Shown in pieces: positions 45,252 through 45,659 of a DNA stretch of 45,659 nucleotides. The stretch is from the NCBI GenBank assembly GCA_044347345.1, contig JBIKUX010000021.1, positions 1-45,659 on the forward strand, in the 5' to 3' direction. A program made the position numbers and the translations under genes. Origin of the DNA: Bdellovibrionota bacterium (GTDB taxonomy: Bacteria; Bdellovibrionota_C; UBA2361; JBIKUX01). The notes under the pieces were generated by a model. The model made no database searches and was not told the DNA's origin. It worked only from the letters and a program-made list of their open reading frames with translations. Numbering within the stretch: position 1 is the first letter of the stretch; every line of letters starts with the position of its first letter.

Positions 45252-45659
45252 ATGAAAGAGACAAGAGGACGTCAAAAAATAAGACTCTTATTTATTCCAG
45301 AGGACGCTGTATCCAAAGAGCTCGCAAAAGAGCAATCTGATTTTTTACGCTACGATTATGATATTGACATTAAATTCGCCAATACCCGGGAGGAAGCCTT
45401 AAATTTAATGATAAATTGGACTCCATCAGTAGTGGTTCTGGATTTATACTGCCCTCACTTTGACACTTTAAAATTCCTCGAGGAATGGAAGGGTGGTCTA
45501 GCAGAATTTGTCGCTTTGGGTACAAGTGCTTCCTCAGAACTAATTAAAAGTTTAAGGGAAAAAGGCGCAATTTCGTTGGTTATGCAACATGACCCTCAGG
45601 ATGATCTCGAATTTCTTTTCAGAGAAATTTGCTGTATCGCCCCAAATATAGACTCCTCA
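45252..45659 (+). CDS. Atypical response-regulator receiver-like protein (open at window end; absent from ORF track)
   Basis: Manual translation: MKETRGRQKIRLLFIPEDAVSKELAKEQSDFLRYDYDIDIKFANTREEALNLMINWTPSVVVLDLYCPHFDTLKFLEEW..GAISLVMQHDP... This has the CheY-like A.T.EEAL..P.VVVLD pattern and no stop codon before 45659. Confidence 0.7.
   Translation, partial: MKETRGRQKIRLLFIPEDAVSKELAKEQSDFLRYDYDIDIKFANTREEALNLMINWTPSVVVLDLYCPHFDTLKFLEEWKGGLAEFVALGTSASSELIKSLREKGAISLVMQHDPQDDLEFLFREICCIAPNIDSS

Overview
A gene-dense, AT-rich bacterial chromosomal segment with about 35 CDS. I see no rRNA, tRNA, CRISPR array, integrase or transposase. The gene set (alpha2-type GlyRS, lexA-recA, fused SpmA/B, secreted Pro/Thr-linker and subtilase proteins) loosely suggests a Bdellovibrionota/deltaproteobacterium-like organism, which is a weak inference. 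Main blocks, in order: a membrane-anchored pseudokinase; a GC-richer TPR-GT2 / methyltransferase cassette; a photolyase-like gene with apparently inverted domain order, coupled to a conserved protein of unknown function; a shikimate operon (chorismate mutase-prephenate dehydratase-DAHP synthase fusion, aroB, aroK, aroE, aroD, aroC, no aroA); a secreted carbohydrate-binding-like/cytochrome c protein; flippase plus an SPFH pair; BON plus SpmAB; a RibBA homolog with both active sites eroded, coupled to a SAMHD1-like HD hydrolase; a 52-aa DUF5989/SxtK-like membrane peptide missed by the ORF track; a MerR-type regulator; nemA; ubiE/menG; an S8 protease; glyQS; a GH-A glycosidase; and a co-directional lexA-recA-FrhB-like-SufT-ACAD-like-sppA run. 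The strongest recurring theme is intact genes whose catalytic motifs are eroded (pseudoenzymes). The best candidate for an undescribed system is the pseudo-RibBA + HD hydrolase pair. All family calls come from motif recognition by eye, not database searches.
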